Source: an uncultured Candidatus Saccharibacteria bacterium (GTDB lineage Bacteria; Patescibacteriota; Minisyncoccia; Phycocordibacterales; WO2-35-19). Taken from it: a stretch of DNA of 42,434 bases. The translations under genes were made by a program, and so were the position numbers. Location: the NCBI GenBank assembly GCA_964365465.1, contig CAYIPT010000002.1, forward strand, positions 1 to 42,434. The letters run 5' to 3'. A model generated the notes under the pieces. That model worked only from the letters and a program-made list of their open reading frames with translations. It was not told where the DNA came from and did not search any database. Positions 42,147 through 42,434 of the stretch are shown piece by piece. Within the stretch, counting starts at the first letter, position 1; every line of letters starts with the position of its first letter.

Positions 42147-42204
42147 TGCAGAATTAGATTATCATATTATTAAAAATCAGGCAAATTTGGTATATTGAAT
42201 TATT

Positions 42205-42288
42205 GCTCGAGTGGTGAAATTGGCAGACACGTAGCGTTCAGGGCGCTATGGGCGCAAGCCCGTGGGAGTTCAAATCTCCCCTCGAGCA
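42205..42288 (+). tRNA. tRNA-Leu (CAG), long variable arm
   Basis: GCUCGAG acceptor, anticodon arm UAGCG-UUCAGGG-CGCUA, variable arm UGGGCGCAAGCCCGU, T loop GUUCAAAUC. Closely resembles E. coli tRNA-Leu. Confidence 0.9.
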
Positions 42289-42369
42289 CAAGCCGAAAGA
42301 CCATTCGGGGTGTAGTATAAAGGTAGCCCCAATACCAAAGCAAAGCTTGGTACGGGGTAAAACACGGTT

Positions 42370-42434
42370 CGGAATATAGTATAGTGGTAGTATACACGCT
42401 TCGGGTGCGTGAGGCTCCGGTTCGATTCCGGGTA
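42370..42434 (+). tRNA. tRNA-Pro (CGG), 3' acceptor strand truncated by the window end
   Basis: CGGAAUA acceptor 5' strand, D arm GUAU-AGUGGUA-GUAU, anticodon arm CACGC-UUCGGGU-GCGUG, T arm UCCGG-UUCGAUU-CCGGG. Confidence 0.75.

Noticed and set aside
42200-42397. 65-aa minus-strand ORF
   Set aside because: It lies entirely antisense to tRNA-Leu, the tRNA spacer and tRNA-Pro, so it is spurious.
1-42434. CRISPR arrays, rRNA genes, transposases or integrases
   Set aside because: I found no regularly spaced direct repeats longer than the items listed. I found no rRNA-like conserved blocks and no ORF with transposase or integrase motifs (DDE; tyrosine recombinase R..H..R..Y) in any frame I read.

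Overview
AT-rich, gene-dense window with most genes on the minus strand. Gene content suggests a small-genome bacterium of the CPR/Patescibacteria type; this is an inference from short housekeeping proteins, SWIB and GIY-YIG genes, and few Shine-Dalgarno (SD) sites. Core genes: rpoB-rpoC, dnaG-rpoD, dnaX, ddl, hisS, rpsP-KH-trmD, pgi, pcm, a cold-shock protein, an ECF sigma/anti-sigma pair, and tRNA-Gln, -Ala, -Leu and a partial tRNA-Pro. Accessory content: (1) a type II restriction-modification (R-M) pair translationally coupled to lexA (1-2464). (2) A second R-M pair (15665-17019) next to tRNA-Gln, followed by three tightly packed uncharacterised genes (13996-15653). Two of these carry HEPN-like Rx4-6H motifs, and this block is my best candidate for an undescribed defence module. 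(3) A Nudix-MazF fusion ORF directly downstream of rpoC with no visible antitoxin. (4) A GIY-YIG cassette bracketed by a duplication of the 5' part of tRNA-Gln. (5) GC-rich palindromic mini-elements, one of them in frame inside a UvrD-like helicase-nuclease gene. (6) A conserved hairpin / -35 / G-rich spacer promoter cassette in front of four housekeeping genes. (7) Three visibly GC-richer islands whose ORFs carry SD sites that the native genes lack. No CRISPR array, rRNA or transposase was seen. All functional calls come from reading motifs in the translated ORFs; no database search was run.
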